64,000 nt of DNA from Octopus sinensis. Lineage: Eukaryota. The notes below the pieces were generated by a model. The model saw only the letters and a list, made by a program, of their open reading frames with translations. It was not told the DNA's origin and did no database searches. Where the stretch lies: NCBI RefSeq assembly GCF_006345805.1, contig NC_043010.1, positions 8,866,001-8,930,000 of the forward strand, read 5' to 3'. Below, piece by piece: positions 63,560-64,000 of the stretch; the stretch's first letter is position 1, and each line of letters begins with the position of its first letter. The translations under genes were made by a program, and so were the position numbers.

Positions 63560-63957
63560 TCATCATCATCATCGTTTAACGTCCGCTTTCCATGCTAGCA
63601 TGGGTTGGACATTTTGACTGAGGGCTGGCGAACCAGATGGCTGCACCAGGCTCCAATCTTGATCTGGCAGAGTTTCTACAGCTGGATGCCCTTCTTAATG
63701 CCAACCACTCCGAGAGTGTAGTGGGTGCTTTTTACGTGTCACCGGCACGGGGGCCAGTCAGGTGGTACTGGCAATGACCTAGCTCGAATCTTTTTACACA
63801 TGCCGGTGAAGCGATGTTGGTAACGATCACGCTCGAATGGTGGCATTTTACGTGCCATGGGTACGGAAGCCAGTTGGCTGCTCTGGCAACGATCACGCTT
63901 GGATGCTGCTCTTGGCACCCTACTAGCATGGGCATAAGCGCCAGTAAGGCGACGCTA
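63557..63957 (-). mobile_element. Family D repeat
   Basis: Near-identical to 8615-9050. Confidence 0.88.
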
Positions 63958-64000
63958 AATGGAAATGTGTTTATCTATATAACTATAGCTCTCTATATGC

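Overview
AT-rich, repeat-saturated eukaryotic DNA, most likely an intron or intergenic stretch of an octopus (coleoid cephalopod) genome. That assignment is inferred from the tRNA-derived SINE families and the extreme microsatellite load. I found no convincing host protein-coding exon; nearly every ORF in the supplied track is translated microsatellite or SINE. The window contains: (i) at least 4 SINE-like families in many copies; (ii) 3' fragments of RTE, CR1-group and R4/Dong-like LINEs; (iii) DNA-transposon derivatives (a deleted DD37D maT-like Tc1/mariner, two 8-bp-TSD GG-ended MITEs, a hAT MITE, Helitrons); (iv) very long (TACA)n, (TA)n, (TAA)n and (CTA/CCA)n tracts. Three signals stand out. 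First, about ten minimal type-I hammerhead-ribozyme-like motifs sit in small, mostly (TA)n-flanked, Penelope-like non-autonomous elements, and most carry recurrent non-canonical cores (A6U: CUGU-N-GA; U4C: CCGA-N-GA). Second, a 2.15-copy tandem of a 352-bp unit has inter-copy differences that all preserve a plus-strand RNA structure, making it a retrozyme/circRNA-like candidate. Third, several long imperfect hairpins lie next to these elements. All structures were folded by eye, and repeat boundaries are approximate unless target-site duplications (TSDs) are quoted.
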